NCBI GenBank assembly: GCA_964016885.1
Contig: OZ024743.1
Location: 144,894,001-144,958,000, forward strand
Direction: 5' to 3'
DNA: 64,000 nucleotides
From: Eledone cirrhosa
Lineage: Eukaryota
Part shown: one piece after another, positions 1 to 12,904 of the stretch
How the letters are laid out: every line of letters begins with the position of its first letter
Numbering within the stretch: the first letter of the stretch is position 1
Position numbers and translations under genes: made by a program
The notes under the pieces: generated by a model
The model's database searches: none
What the model was told of the DNA's origin: nothing
The model's input: only the letters and a program-made list of their open reading frames with translations

Positions 1-119
1 TTTATTGTCGAAAGATCGGACTGCTATTTCTAGCGAACGAGAACCCTTCATGTCGTTGCGAGTGCTAAAATTCATGTGTTGATACCATGTGCGTTTAGCC
101 ACTTTCAACCCTGCATAGA

Positions 120-2044
120 GTGAGATTAGATGATTTTGAAATTCCCCCACTGACACACTTACAGACACACTTACAGACACATCTACAGACACAGACCCCT
201 CATCTACCAGTAGTGAAGATGAGGGAAAACCAAAATCCCTCAAAATACAAAAAAGGAAACACAAAAAGAATAAAAAACTCAACAAAGCACAAAATCACCC
301 ACCATAAAAAACGCAGACACTACCCACGCAAACATCTCTCCAATAACACCAACATCAACACCACCATCACCATCACTAGAATCCCCCAAACGCAAACAAC
401 CTAAACAGATGCAAGAACAAATATACACACAAACATCTGAAACCACAGACACCGCACTCACAACAAACACAGACACAACCGAAACAACACCACCAAAACC
501 ATCACCACCACAGCCACGCAAACAAATAAAATCACACCAACAAAACATACAAAACTTCGTGCTCGTCAGGAGGGCCAACAAGGAACTGATGGCCCTCGTA
601 GCACGAAGTGAAAATATACAAAAAGAGGGGGAAATTTTTAAATCGAGCACATTTCGCGTGCCGGAAGATTTGGTTCTGGTGCGAATGTCGATCGATGTAT
701 ATAAAGAAATACGAAACAGCTTTCCTCGGGACGTGGGAACCCCGAATGTAAAACCAACTTCAAGACTTTTAAAGGGGTTCCCAAAAGAAACCCCACCAAC
801 TACGGAGGTCGAACATCCCGACCTTCACAAGAGCCCGGAAGGTAAGTAAACCTTTCCTCTCTCTCTCTTTAACCTGCCAACATGGCCGTATTAAGAGTAG
901 GATGTTTAAATGTTCGAGGCCTGGGATCGTCCTGGAAGCAGGGTCACCTGCTCAATGACCTCAGGTCTCTAGAAATGGATGTAATTGCAGTCAGCGAGAC
1001 CAGGATTTCCGACACGCACGCACTAGCCCCCATTTTCGACGACTATCAGATCTTTGCATCTGTTAGCCGGCCGGGAATGGGAGGCGGGGTGGCAGTGCTG
1101 TTTAGGAAAGGCCTGGATCTCGAGGTAAGGTCGATCTTCCGGGACCCGGACGGGAAGTTGGTGGTCCTGGACGTGAACAATAACGAAGGTGGTGCCTTTA
1201 GACTGGTGCCGTCTATGCTCCTACTGAGGCAGGACGGCTGGACTTCTTTAGACGCCTAGAAGCCTTTCTGGGTACGTCTCGCCCTTCACTGTTAGCGCGG
1301 GACTGGAACGGCATCTTAGACGCACGCTGGGACTGTGTGGGAGTATCCGATAGGAGCGGGGGCTGCAAAAGCCTCAAGAACCTGATCAGCCAGTTCCAAC
1401 TGTCTGACAGGTACCGACTAGATTTCCCTAATGCGCCAATGTGGACCTGGGCTAACCGCATAGGGTCATCTAAGACAGGATATTCATTAGGAAAATAGAC
1501 AGAAATAGTGTAAGCTGTCTACGTTTTGAAACGGTCGCCTATTCAGATCACAAGTTTGTGATATGTATGGTCGACCTAGATAAGACGCGTAGGTTAGGAC
1601 CTGGTTACTGGAAGCTAAACATATCATTTACGGCACGTAAGGCTTACAGGGACCAGGTTAACAATTTAGTTAAGAAAAAGTTGACAGGGGGAGTCGTCAA
1701 CAATAGATGGTGGGGGGCTCTCAAAAGAGAGATTAGAGTAATGTCGATAGAGTTTAGCAAAGAAGTAGCGTTAGAGAAAAATAGAAAGGAGGGGGAGTTG
1801 GTAGATAAGTTAGACGAGGCTATAATCAGGATTGGTGGGGTACCTGAGCGAACCCTAGGTGGTCATCCCCCCCCCCCTATTGGGGAATTTTTTCTTGTAA
1901 TTTTATTGTTACTTTATTGTTACTTTGTTATTGTTACTTTGTTATTGTTATTCATGTTGTTTACTCGATTTTTCTGTAAAACCCCACTGTCCCAGTCTTT
2001 TGTATTGTCACCTATATGTCGGCCCTTGTGGCCAATAAATGAAA

Positions 2045-2073
<29 letters not shown>
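120..2073 (+). mobile_element. Tx1/L1-clade LINE, divergent copy A (ORF1 3' part, frameshifted APE endonuclease, internally deleted, 3' UTR with AATAAA and (ATT)n tail)
   Basis: ORFs 882-1259 and 1558-~1825 give APE motifs (GCLNVRGL, SETR, GGGVAVLF, GPGYWKLN). No RT follows. AATAAA at ~2034 is followed by (ATT)n. Clearly homologous to, but diverged from, copy B. Confidence 0.85.
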
Positions 2074-2075
<2 letters not shown>

Positions 2076-2203
2076 CCCACCGAGGTTAACTTTGCCTTTC
2101 TTCTCTTACGGGGTCGATAAAATAAAGTACCAGTAATGCACTGGGTAATTGCTGGCCTTGTGCCAAAAGTAGAAACAATTATTATTATTATTATTATTAT
2201 TAT
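2074..2203 (+). mobile_element. 5'-truncated Meta-type SINE with (ATT)n tail
   Basis: Matches the 3' half of the SINE at 2715-2895 (gcctttc..cttacggggtcgataaaataaagtaccag...gtagaaacaatta). Confidence 0.85.
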
Positions 2204-2714
2204 TTCTCAGCAACAACAGAAGCAACTGTAACAGCAACAACCCCAGCAACAGTAGCAAATCCAACACCACCACCAACGCGCCAGAACTAGCACCAGCGCC
2301 TACACCATCCACCACGCCACAACCAAAACTAACGCCTGTGGAGGATTTTCCACTCCCCGGCCTATCACAACTGGAGACAGATTGTGACGACGAGGAGTGG
2401 GAAACGGTATCAGGAAAAAAGAAAAAAAGAAAACAAAAAAGAAAAAAATTCTCTTCCTTCCCCCTCCAAAATACACAGGGAAACAAATAAACTATCAAAC
2501 AAAAAAAGTTAGGACAGATATGCCACCATCCACACCAGCATCACCAACCCCATCACCCCAAACACCAACACCATCACCATCATTAACCCCAACACCACCA
2601 TCACCTACACCACAAAAGTCACCAAAAAGCGAAACAGAAACAAACCCACAACAAACACAAACAAAACAAAACAACCAAAACGATACACACTACACAGCAT
2701 TAAATTTGAACAAC

Positions 2715-2895
2715 GGTGGATTGGCAGTATCGGTAGAGAGTCGGACGCCATGCTTTCCAGCATAGTTACGTCCCTTTACGATCTGAGTTCAAATCCCGCC
2801 GAGGTTGACTTTGCCTTTCATCCTTACGGGGTCGATAAAATAAAGTACCAGTAATGCACTGGGTAATTGCTGGCCTTATGCCTAAAGTAGAAACA
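2715..2895 (+). mobile_element. Full-length tRNA-derived Meta-type SINE inserted in LINE ORF1, 16-bp target-site duplication
   Basis: A-box-like tggcagtatcgg and B-box gagttcaaatcc. TSD attaaatttgaacaac at 2699-2714 and 2896-2911. The empty site is present in copy C (~9270-9290). Confidence 0.93.
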
Positions 2896-3212
2896 ATTAA
2901 ATTTGAACAACAACCAATTATTACACTACATCCAACACAACACCAGCATCACAGAAAAAGTCTACACAACAACCCAAAAGTTCACACCACCTCCACACAT
3001 ACAAATCACTCGCATCACACAGAAAACGTACATGACACTAAAACAAAAATTCCCCAAAGACATCGGAGACTTCCGACAAGCACTCTCCAGGAAGATTTAT
3101 AAGGACATCCTTCCTGAGGAGGCCACAAGCAGTGAAAAGGATGGAGAAACCGTCCTTCCTCTACGAGAAGTAAAGTAAGTGGTCTTTCCCATCTTTTCCA
3201 CTCCATTTCAAC

Positions 3213-6200
3213 ATGACCTCACTCAGAATAGGCAGCATAAATGCGCGTGGCTTGGGGTCGTCATGGAAGCAGGGCCACCTGCTCAACGACCTCAGGTCAC
3301 CAAACATAGATGTAGTGGCCATCAGCGAGACCAGAATCTCCGAAGCACAGGCTTTCGCACCGATCTTCGGCGGCTACGATGTGTACGCATCTCCCAGCCG
3401 TCCGGGATCTGGGGTGGAGTTGCTGTGCTTTTTCGGAGAGGTTTGGATCTCGCCATACGGGCCATCTTCCTGGACCCAGAAGGTAAGTTGGGTGTGCTGG
3501 CAGTGACCAGCGGAGACGGGCAAGCTTTCAGGCTAGTGGCCGTCTATGCCCCGACAGGAGCAGGGCGGCCTGATTTCTTCCGGCGTCTGGAGACCGTTCT
3601 TGGAACGTCCCGCTCTTTAGTGTTAGTGGGCGACTGGAACGGGATCTTAGATGCACGCTGGGACTGTGTTGGATTAGCGGATAGGGGAGGAGGGTGCAAG
3701 AGCCTCACCAACCTGCTCAGGCGTTTTGAACTGTCTGACAGGTACCGATTGGATTTCCCGAATGTGCCAATGTGGACTTGGACAAATCGCATTGGGTCAT
3801 CCAGATCATATCGAGATAGAGTATTTTGTAGAGAGATAGATAAATCTAGCATAGGCTGTCCACAATTCAAGATAGTCAGCTACACGGACCACAAATTCGT
3901 GATCTGTGTGCTTGACTTAGATAGGTTTCATAGACGAGGACCCGGCTACTGGAAGCTAAACGCGTCCTTACCAGCGCGCAAGGCCTACAGAGACCGGATT
4001 AGCGAACTAGTTAAGCGGGTGTTGACGGGGGCCATCGTCAACAACAAGTGGTGGTTTTCTTTGAAAAGAGCAATTAGAATAGAGTCCTTTAGGTTTAGTA
4101 AGGCTTTAGCAATAGAGAAAAATAGAGCAGAGAGAGAATTAGTTAGAAAATTAGACGAGGCGCTTAGCAAAGGCATCGCGACCGACGTACTTGCGGCGAA
4201 ATTGGCCCTTGACCAATTCTTCAATGCAAAGCACGAAGGCTGCGTTGTCAGAGCTAGGGTGCGTGCTCTCAGACACGAGGGGACGAAAGCCGTTCAATGG
4301 GCCCGAGTGGCGGAGGCAGTCGTGGCAACAAAGCAACGATCCGGTCTTTGGTGGACCGCGACGGGCGCATGCTACTCGATCCCGGGCAAATGTGTGAAGC
4401 TTTTCAGCGACACTTCGCTCAGCTGTTCAGGGGCAGCGGCGGGCTCAATCGAGGGATGGACTTTAGTGTCTACCTCGACGGACTGCCGCGGCTCTCGGCC
4501 ACTGAGGCGGAGTGTTGCGAAAAGCCGATAACAGCCGCTGAAGTACGGGAGGCAATGACTGGCTGCACAAGGGGTAAATCGCCTGGTTTGGATGGTCTTC
4601 CCTATGAACTTTACGTACAAATGCCAGACTTGTTGGGAGACCTCTTGGCGGACGTCTACTGCAACTGGCAACAGAACGGGAGAATTCCCAGCTCTGTGAG
4701 CCGAGGAGCAGTGGCGCTGCTGAGAAAAGATCCGAACAAGGGGGATAACATAGATAATTTCAGGCCCATAACTCTGCTAAACACAGAGTTCAAGATTTTG
4801 GCCAAGGTGCTAGCAAAGAGGTTGGCGCTTGTCGTTGGTGGTCTGGTGGGAGAGGCGCAGACATGCGCCATTCCCGACAGATCCATCCACGACAACCTCC
4901 ACCTCATGCAATACATCGTAGAGAGGGTAGCTAGGGAACCTGGCACGGGTGGGACCTTGATCAATTTAGATCAGTCGAAAGATTTCGATAGGGTCGACCA
5001 TCGTTACCTAGCGGCAGTCCTGAGGGCGGCTGGCTTTGGGCCCGTCTTCAGAGGCTGGATCGCTGCCATGCACAGCGACATCTGCTCTGTGGTGAGAGTG
5101 AACGGTCACCTTTCGAAACCGTTCAACATCATGCGCTTGGTCCACCAAGGATGTCCCTCTCGTCCCTCTTGTACGTATTGACTCTCGAGCCATTACTGCA
5201 CAAACTTGAGACGTTGAGGGGCGTCCCGCCCGAACTAGGATGCGAAAGATCCGTGTCAGCATATGCGGACGATGTCACCGTAGTGGTGTCGAACGCCAAA
5301 CACATCGAGGCGATCGGCACTACACTAAGAGAATACGAAGCGGTGACAGGAGCAAAGATCAACCAGGAAAAGTCAGTGGGCCTGCAGCTCGGCACCTGGA
5401 GAGGCAGGTCCATGCCGTCCAACAGCGTCGTCGGGCGCTGGACGGACGGACCGGTTAAATTGCTAGGGGTCTGGTTCGGTCCGGACCTCCAGACGGACAA
5501 AAACTGGGACGAGGTGACGAGCAGGGTGGCTTCTCTCACCCAGAAATGGGCAGAGAGGAAGCTATCCCTGAAAGGTCGAGCGGAGGTGGCTAACAAGTAC
5601 ATCGCGTCCGTCATCTACTACCGCCTGACCGTCGTACCTTGTCCTAAGCCCCGCCTGACTGCGCTGGAGCGTTTGCTCTTTCGCTTTTTGTGGAAGGGAC
5701 GCGCTCCGATGGTCAGGCGGTCCATCTGCTGTCAACATCCGCTACGTGGAGGGCTGGGCATGCCGTGGCTGATGATGCGCAGACACGCTCTCAGGCTACG
5801 ACATCTCCACCTCTTCCTCGACGGTGATCAGGTGTGGTCGCCGTTTGCTAATCACGTCTTTCCCCAGCTCGTCTCCTTGATGGAGCTGCAGTCCTGGGTC
5901 AAGCGAAGACCGATAGGGAGCGCTTGGAGACTGGAATGTTTTCAGGCGCTCACAGCCCTCGACCAATCGGGCAATGTGATCGGTGGAAACTCCACCTTGG
6001 CGTTCTATAGAGGATTAGTGGAGGGGAAGAGCGACGACATACTTGGAGAAACTCTAGGCGTCGACGAAAATCAACTAGCAAATCTCTTCGGAAGGACTTT
6101 CGGGCCGGGGCCTATGGACAACTTCCAGAACTCCCTGCCCTGGCAGTGCTACCGGGGAGCTTTGCCAGTTCGGGATAAACTCTACAGGCATGGAGGTGCC

Positions 6201-6629
6201 GTCAGCCGGGCATGTCCGAGATGCACGCAGGGTGACGAAACCGTCCTGCACGCAGTCGTCCAGTGTCCGAGCATTGCTGACTTGTGGGTTTATGTCGAAC
6301 ACCTGCTGTCACGTGTAGGACGGATCCAGCTATCAGCTGTGTCCATCGTGAGGATTGCTCCGCCCACTTCCTTTAGCCGGGAAGGGCAGGCAATTTTTAT
6401 CTGTCTGGTGGCCATGGCGAAAGAGATAGTATGGTGGACACGTTTGAAAGGGCTGAAGACGAGCACTTACCTCTTCGGTGATGTCCTGATTAACTTTTTC
6501 AAATTTCATTTGAAAAGGGAAATCAGGGTAGAGAGGGAAGTGCTCTCTTCCCAGCATTTTGTTGAAAGATGGGTGAGTGAAGCAAGTATGGCCCGAGTGA
6601 ATGGGCCTTCTCTGAGTATGTGTCTGTAA
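3213..6629 (+). pseudogene. LINE ORF2 (APE endonuclease, reverse transcriptase, C-terminal CCHC zinc motif) broken by about 3 frameshifts
   Basis: Consecutive frames 3213-3506, 3179-4531, 4297-5181 and 5151-6629 carry LVGDWN, YTDH, KSPGLDG, NFRPITLLN, DFDRVDH, QGC, AYADD, GGLG and CPRC..ETVLHAVVQC. Confidence 0.93.
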
Positions 6630-6876
6630 ATTAAAGGTGAAAAACTGGGAGAGGGCACTTGCCCTGGTGGTCAGGGTCACTGTGGTCTTTTAATGGGCTT
6701 TCTCCACAAATGTCCCTCGGAATTCTCCCCCCTATTGGGGAATTTTTCTTTGTTATTTTATTACATTCTCTGTTTTTTTTTTACACGCAGAAATGCCCAT
6801 TTGTACCGTCCTGTATTGTCCTATACTGTCCTTAACGTCTACTTTATGTAAACCCTTGTGGTTAATAAAAAAACAT

Positions 6877-9800
6877 TATTAGGACAAGGTACGACGGTCA
6901 GGCGGTAGTAGATGACGGACGCGATATACGCGTTAGCCACCTCCGCTCGACCTTTCAGGGATAGCTTCCTCTCGGCCCATTTCTGGGTGAGAGAAGCCAC
7001 CCTGCTCGTCACCTCGTCTCCAGTTTGTGCAGTAATGGCTCGAGAGTCAACACGTACAAGAGGGACGAGAGGGGACATCCTTGGCGGACCGAGCGCATGA
7101 TATTGAAGAGCAGATGTCGCTGTGCATGGCAGCTATCCAGCCTCTGAATACGGGCCCAAAACCAGCCGTCCTCAGGACTGCCGCTAGGTAACGATGGTCG
7201 ACCCTATAGAAAGCTTTCAACTGATCTAAATTGTTCAAGGACCCACCCGTGCCAGGTTCCCTAGCTACCCTCTCTACGATGTATCGCATGAGGTGGAGGT
7301 TGTCGTGGATGGATCTGTCGGGAATGGCGCATGTCTGCGCCTCTCCCACCAGACCACCAACGACAAGCGCCAACCTCTTTGCTAGCACCTTGGCCAAAAT
7401 CTTGAACTCTGTGTTTAGCAGAGTTATGGGCCTGAAATTATCTATGTTATCCCCCTTGTTCGGGTCCTTTCGCAGCAGCGCCACTGCTCCTCGGCTCACA
7501 GAGCTGGGAATTCTCCCGTTCTGTTGCCAGTTGCAGTAGACGTCCGACAAGAGGCCTCCGAACAAGTCTGGCATCTGTACGTAAAGTTCATAGGGCAGAC
7601 CATCCAAACCAGGCGATTTACCCCTTGTGCAGCTAGTCATTGCCTCCCGTACTTCAGCGGCTGTTATCGGCTTTTCGCAACACTCCACCTCAGTGGCCGA
7701 GAGCCGCGGCAGTCCGTCGAGGTAGACACTAAAGTCCATCCCTCGATCCGGCCCGCCGCTTCCCCCGAACAGTTGAGCGAAGTGTCGCTGAAAAGCTTCA
7801 CACATTTGCCCGGGATCGAGTAGCATGCGCCCGTCGCGGTCCACCAAAGACCGGATCGTGGATTTGTTGCCACGACGCGCCTCCGCCACTCGGGCCCATG
7901 AACGGCTTTCGTCCCCTCGTGTCTGAGAGCACGCACCCTAGCTCTGACAACGCAGCCTTCGTGCTTTGCATTGAAGAATTTGTCAAGGGCCAATTTCGCC
8001 GCAAGTACGTCGGTCGCGATGCCTTTGCAAAGCACCTCGTCTAATTTTCTAATTCTCCCTCTTCTCTATTTTTCTCTATTGCTAAAGCCTTACTAAACCT
8101 AATGGATTCTATTCTAATTGCTCTTTTCAGAGCAAACCTCCACTTGTTGTTGACGATGGCCCCCGTCAACGCCCGCTTAACTAGTTCGCTAATCCGGTCT
8201 CTGTAGGCCTTTCGCGCTGGTAAGGACGCGTTTAGCTTCCAGTAGCCGGGTCCTCGTCTATGAAGCCTATCCAAGTCAAGCACACAGATCACGAATTTGT
8301 GGTCCGTGTAGCTGACTATCATTAATTGTGGACAGCCTATGCTAGACCTATCTATTTCCCTACAAAATACTCTATCTAGATATGATCTGGATGACCCAAT
8401 GCGATTTGTCCAAGTCCACATTGGCACATTCGGGAAATCCAATCGGTACCTGTCAGACAGTTCAAAACGCCTGAGCAGGTTGGTGAGGCTCTTGCACCCT
8501 CCTCCCCTATCCGCTAATCACACACAGTCCCAGCGTGCATCTCGTTCCAGTCGCCCACTAACACTAAAGAGCGGGACGTTCCAAGGAAGGTCTCCAGACG
8601 CCGGAAGAAATCAGGCCGCCCTCCTCCTGTCAGGGCATAGACGGCCACTAGCCTGAAAGCTTGCCCGTCTCCGCTGGTCACGTCTAGCACCACCAACTTA
8701 CCTTCTGGGTCCAGGAAGATGGCCCGTATGGCGAGATCCAAACATCTCCGAAAAAGCACAGCAACTCCTTCTCCGATCCCGGACGGCTGGGAGATGCGTA
8801 CACATCGTAGCCGCCGAAGATCGGTGCGAAGGCGCGTGCTTCGGAGATTCTGGTCTCGCTGATGGCCACTACATCTATGTTTAGTGACCTGAGGTCGTTG
8901 AGCAGGTGGCCCTGCTTCCATGACGACCTCAAGCCACGCGCATTTATGCTGCCTATTCTGAGTGAGGTCATGTTGAAATGGAGTGGAAAAGATGAGAAAG
9001 ACCACTTACCTTACTTCTCGTAGAGGAAGGATGGTTTGTCCATCCTTTTCACTGCTTGTGGCCTACTCCGGAAGGATGTCCTTATAAATCCTCCTGGAGA
9101 GTGCTTGTCGGAAGTCTCCGATGTCTTTGGGGAATTTTTGTTTTAGTGTCGTGTACGTTATCTGTGTGATGCGAGTGATTTGTATGTGTGGAGGTGGTAT
9201 GAACTTTTGGGTTGTTGTGTAGTCTTTTTCTGTAATGGTGGTGTTGTGTTGCATGTAGTGTAATAATTGGTTGTTGTTCAAATTTAATGCTGTGTAGTGT
9301 GTATCGTTTTGGTTGTTTTGTATTGTTTGCATTTGTTGTGGGTTTGTTTCTGTTACGCTTTTTGGTGACTTTTGTGGTGTTGGTGTTGGGGTTAATGATG
9401 GTGATGGTGTTGGTGTTTGTGGTGATGGGGTTGGTGATGCTGGTGTGGATGGTGGCATATCTGTCTTAACTTTCTTGTTCGATAATTTATTTGTTTCCCT
9501 CCGTATTTTGTTTTTTGAGGGGGAAGGAAGAGAATTTTTTTTTTTCTCCTCATACCGTTTCCCACTCCTCGTCGTCACAATCTGTCTCCAATTGCGATAA
9601 GCCGGGGAGTGGAAAATCCTCCACAGGCGTTGGTTTTGGTTGTGGCCTGGTGGATGGTGTAGGCGCTGGTGCTAGTTCTGGGGCGTTGGGTGGTGGTGGT
9701 GTTGGATTTGCTACTGTTGCTGGGGTTGTTGCTGTTACAGTTGCTTCTGTTGTTGCTGCTACAGTTGTTGCTGCTATTTCTGCTGCTGGCGGTGTTGATG

Positions 9801-11141
9801 GTTGAGTCACTGGGGTGGGTAAGAGAGGTGGTCTCAACCTTTTAGCCTGAGGGCAGAAAGCCCTTAGGTGGGTTCCTTCACTACAAACGACACACCTAGG
9901 TCTTCTACCCTCGACGATTACGGTGAGGTGGCTGCCGTCAGTGAGGTCTATTACCTCTGGGATCTTCTCAATGCTTTTATGGTCCGCTTTGATCAGGAGC
10001 TCCATCCCAGATCCGGACCAGTTCTCCTGCTTTTCTTTTGCTATTTCTATTATTTTGGCGTTGGCCTCGATGCCGGCGTGGACGGCAGCCATTATCCAGG
10101 GAATTTCGATGGCGGTGGAAAGTGGGTCACCCTGATCTTCACAAGTCTCTGGCCACAATAGCTTGGGACGAGTGTGAAGTCGTCACTTCTTAATGGGACC
10201 ATGGAGTGTTCTCTGGCCTCCTGTGGTGTTTCAAAGAACACGTCCACGGTTCCATACTTCTGCCCATGTCTGATGTGGGTTTTTTTTGCCCACACATGTC
10301 CCAAAGCTTTTTGGATTTGGGACTCAGATGCCCGTTCCACTCGGCGCGATTTTATGTTTATTGTCCGATAAGACACGGTACATAGGCGACGTTGCTCCAT
10401 TTTATTAGGTGGAGGGGGGGGCTGACCCTGTACCCATCTTTCTTTACCATTCCTTTGGCTTCGTCTAATTCTTCCTGAGTTACCTGGATCGCTTCGCATG
10501 TTTTTGCTACTCTGGCAAAACTCAGGGTAGTTTTCTTAATTTCATTGTTGCTGTTGTTATTATCGTTATTTTTGCTATTATTAATTTTAGTTTCAGTTGT
10601 GGTGGTGGTGGCGTCAGTGGTGCTCGGTGTGGAAGAGTTCATTTTGGTTAAATTCATTTCGATATCATGAGTTAATTATTTTTCTTTTGTTTCTGTTGTC
10701 GCTGTGGTGGTGGTGGGGGTGGTGGTTGTCGCGGTGGTGGTGGTGGTGGCGGCTTTAACACCTGCAGTCATTGGTAATGGCGGGAAATGAACGTCTGCCT
10801 GAGACAAATTAAAAATATTGCTACTGCTTACAATTCCAGTGTTGGCAAACGTAGCAATATTTACAATAGTGGTGTCGGTGTGAGGTGTTGGATTGTGAGG
10901 AAGGAGTGATTCTGAGTCATCCATTATTTTTCAAAGAAAACATTTTTTGTTTGATAATTATAAAAAGTTTAAATTTTGGGCTCAAGGCCCCAATATTTTT
11001 GAGTGTCCTTTTCAGAAATCAATGTATGTGCACTTATATATAGTTAACAATAAAAATTTTCCATAAATGGCAATTTTAAATAACTGAAAATAACAAACCT
11101 TTGCGGAGCTCACGATGATACGATTTACTACGTAGGTCGCC
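6877..11141 (-). mobile_element. Tx1/L1-clade LINE copy C (5' end and ORF1 with zinc knuckle intact; ORF2 frameshifted, internally deleted, 3'-truncated)
   Basis: Near-identical to copy B in reverse. ORF1 fragments span 10924 to ~9010 and include CVVCSEGTHLRAFC. ORF2 starts at 8971 and ends abruptly at ~6877. Confidence 0.92.
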
Positions 11142-11208
<67 letters not shown>

Positions 11209-11628
11209 CTTCCTTTATTAATCACAAGGGTTGACAAAGTATAACATTAAGGACAGAACAGGGTGGTATAGGCCGGTACAACTGGGCATTTCTGCGTGTA
11301 ACGAAAAACAAAACAATAACAAAGGATGTAACAAAAAAATGAAGCAAAAGAAATTTCCCAATAGGAGAGAGACCACCGGGGGGGTCACTCGTGGAGAAAG
11401 TCCACAAAATCCCTCGGTGACCCTGGCCACCAGGACAAGTGCCCTCTCCTAGTTTTCCACCTCCAATCTACAGGCGCATACTCAGAGCAGGCCCAATCAC
11501 TCGGGTCTTTCTCGACTCACCCACTCATCTTTCAACAAAATGCTGGGAAGGGAGCACTTACTTCTCCACCCTGATTTTCCTTTTCAAATGAAATTTGAAA
11601 AAGTTAATCAGGGTATCACCGAAAAAAC
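11142..11628 (-). mobile_element. 3' end of a further Tx1/L1 copy (ORF2 C-terminus, 3' UTR, (TTA)n tail)
   Basis: Reverse-complement similarity to 6475-6870. (TAA)n tract at 11142-11207. Confidence 0.85.
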
Positions 11629-11771
11629 AACAATAATAATAATATGGACGAGGTGTTTTCATTACATTGCAGTGTGATGCGCGTTTTGCGATTGATCATC
11701 TCAAGATTCGATCTGTATCGATCGGGTCCGATCGGGAATCAAATGTATTTGCTCCTAAATATATATATATG

Positions 11772-11849
<78 letters not shown>

Positions 11850-12193
11850 TCTGAAGACAGCATATATATGTGTAGGTATGTATATTCCCTCTGATAGTTT
11901 GTAAAAATTTTACATAGATCTATATGATATACATACCAACACACACATATATATCCTTGAAACGATCGTAAAATGAGGAATTTTTTAATATAAGGAACTG
12001 TTTCTTTGTTTTTATTCATTATTTTTATTAATTTATATATATATATATATATATTTGGATTTAATGCTCTGAAATAGCGATATATATGTGAAGACAAACA
12101 TAGAATATTCGAAAATATTCTGTATGTTTATAAGAAACATTTTGAAGACCTAATCGCTATAGAATAGAATACGTCACGTATTACAATTAGAGA

Positions 12194-12280
12194 TTCTCGA
12201 TAAAAGCAAGGGAAGTAACCTACGCGTTTCATTCTTATTAGAAATCGTCAGGATTACATATCCAATGCTTTTATCGAGAA
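12194..12280 (-). ncRNA. Type I minimal hammerhead ribozyme, unit 1
   Basis: Minus strand reads gtaatc CTGACGA t-ttct-aata-agaa-t GAAA CGC GTA ggttac. Stem I is gtaatc/ggttac, stem III is the palindrome ACGCGT, and a distal 15-bp perfect stem ttctcgataaaagca/tgcttttatcgagaa closes it. Confidence 0.85.
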
Positions 12281-12505
12281 CGACACAGCTAGAGACTTAT
12301 AGAATACTTAGCTGTGTACAGGAACTGGTTTGAAAGAGCGTTAGCCGGTCCGGCAGAAATTAGAATTTGGATTTAATGCTCTGAAATAGCGATATATATG
12401 TGAAGACAAACATAGAATATTCGAAAATATTCTGTATGTTTATAAGAAACATTTTGAAGACCTAATCGCTATAGAATAGAATACGTCACGTATTACAATT
12501 AGAGA

Positions 12506-12592
12506 TTCTCGATAAAAGCAAGGGAAGTAACCTACGCGTTTCATTCTTATTAGAAATCGTCAGGATTACATATCCAATGCTTTTATCGAGAA
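12506..12592 (-). ncRNA. Type I minimal hammerhead ribozyme, unit 2
   Basis: Same sequence as unit 1, offset +312. Confidence 0.85.
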
Positions 12593-12817
12593 CGACACAG
12601 CTAGAGACTTATAGAATACTTAGCTGTGTACAGGAACTGGTTTGAAAGAGCGTTAGCCGGTCCGACAGAAATTAGAATTTGGATTTAATGCTCTGAAATA
12701 GCGATATATATGTGAAGACAAACATAGAATATTCGAAAATATTCTGTATGTTTATAAGAAACATTTTGAAGACCTAATCGCTATAGAATAGAATACGTCA
12801 CGTATTACAATTAGAGA

Positions 12818-12904
12818 TTCTCGATAAAAGCAAGGGAAGTAACCTACGCGTTTCATTCTTATTAGAAATCGTCAGGATTACATATCCAATGCTTTTATCG
12901 AGAA
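12818..12904 (-). ncRNA. Type I minimal hammerhead ribozyme, unit 3
   Basis: Same sequence as unit 1, offset +624. Confidence 0.85.

Larger units (their letters stand above)
2208..6876 (+). mobile_element. Tx1/L1-clade LINE copy B (5'-truncated ORF1, near-complete ORF2, 3' UTR with AATAAA)
   Basis: Pro/Thr-rich ORF1 remnant with DDEEWETV motif, then APE-RT-CCHC ORF2. AATAAA at ~6863. Confidence 0.93.

Noticed and set aside
279-10371. Antisense and alternate-frame ORFs over the LINEs
   Set aside because: Shadow frames of GC-rich LINE coding sequence with no independent motifs.
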